A stretch of 64,000 nt of DNA. It comes from Parasitella parasitica NRRL 2501 (taxonomy: Eukaryota > Fungi > Mucoromycota). Under the pieces are notes generated by a model, which worked only from the letters and a program-made list of their open reading frames with translations, was not told where the DNA came from and did no database searches. A program made the position numbers and the translations under genes. Positions within the stretch are counted from its first letter, which is position 1, and each line of letters begins with the position of its first letter. Below are positions 63,724 to 64,000 of the stretch, piece by piece. The stretch covers positions 83,892 to 147,891 of the forward strand of contig MU619265.1 of the NCBI GenBank assembly GCA_025201805.1, read 5' to 3'.

Positions 63724-64000
63724 TGCTAAATGAAGATTTTTGAATGGATGAGGGTTTGATTTTTTACAATTACGCTCTACGCGTACAAAGTTTATTGCAT
63801 ACAAAGATATTTTTTAAATGATTCGAATTTGTTTTGTTTATAAACTTTCACTGCATTTACCTTCAAAGAAACTTCACTTTTTTCCAAAAATAGTAATTAA
63901 AATGCCTCCCGTTAACAATCGATTAGATGTAAACGTACTTGTATCCGTCAACAAGCGTTTTATCACGAATTCAGACGCAAAGTCTATTCTTATGCATAAG

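Noticed and set aside
1-64000. CRISPR array, tRNA or rRNA genes
   Set aside because: No regularly spaced repeat-spacer pattern or recognisable structural RNA gene seen by eye; a tRNAscan-SE/Rfam run would be needed to exclude small RNAs.

Overview
A gene-dense, AT-rich eukaryotic window with short (about 55-75 nt) spliceosomal introns and four N-gaps. Gene content and lineage-typical families point to a Mucorales fungus (inference). Housekeeping genes: Gti1/Pac2 (WOPR) transcription factor, alkaline ceramidase, GT49-like protein, MPC2, BCAS3-like WD40 protein, OAC1, MET10, VTT/Tvp38 protein, BRD8-like bromodomain protein, RasGEF-like protein, METTL25/RRNAD1-like methyltransferase, MGE1, RhoGEF, class IV chitin synthase, Taf14-like YEATS protein, PMA1-type H+-ATPase and a perilipin-like protein. 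The main find is a 4.5-kb element (34530-39029) bounded by 11-bp inverted repeats. It carries a large, intron-containing, frameshifted Fanzor1-like (eukaryotic TnpB-type RNA-guided RuvC nuclease) gene and no recognisable transposase. A candidate omega-RNA scaffold runs from the ORF 3' end to the right repeat, followed by a predictable guide. Other accessory items: a PD-(D/E)xK nuclease-like gene between OAC1 and MET10, a 593-bp retroposed insertion with a 13-bp target-site duplication, an F-box pseudogene, a small secreted 8-Cys protein, and a RasGEF-like protein with a PAM2 motif and WxGY repeats. All calls come from reading the sequence by eye; no database searches were run.
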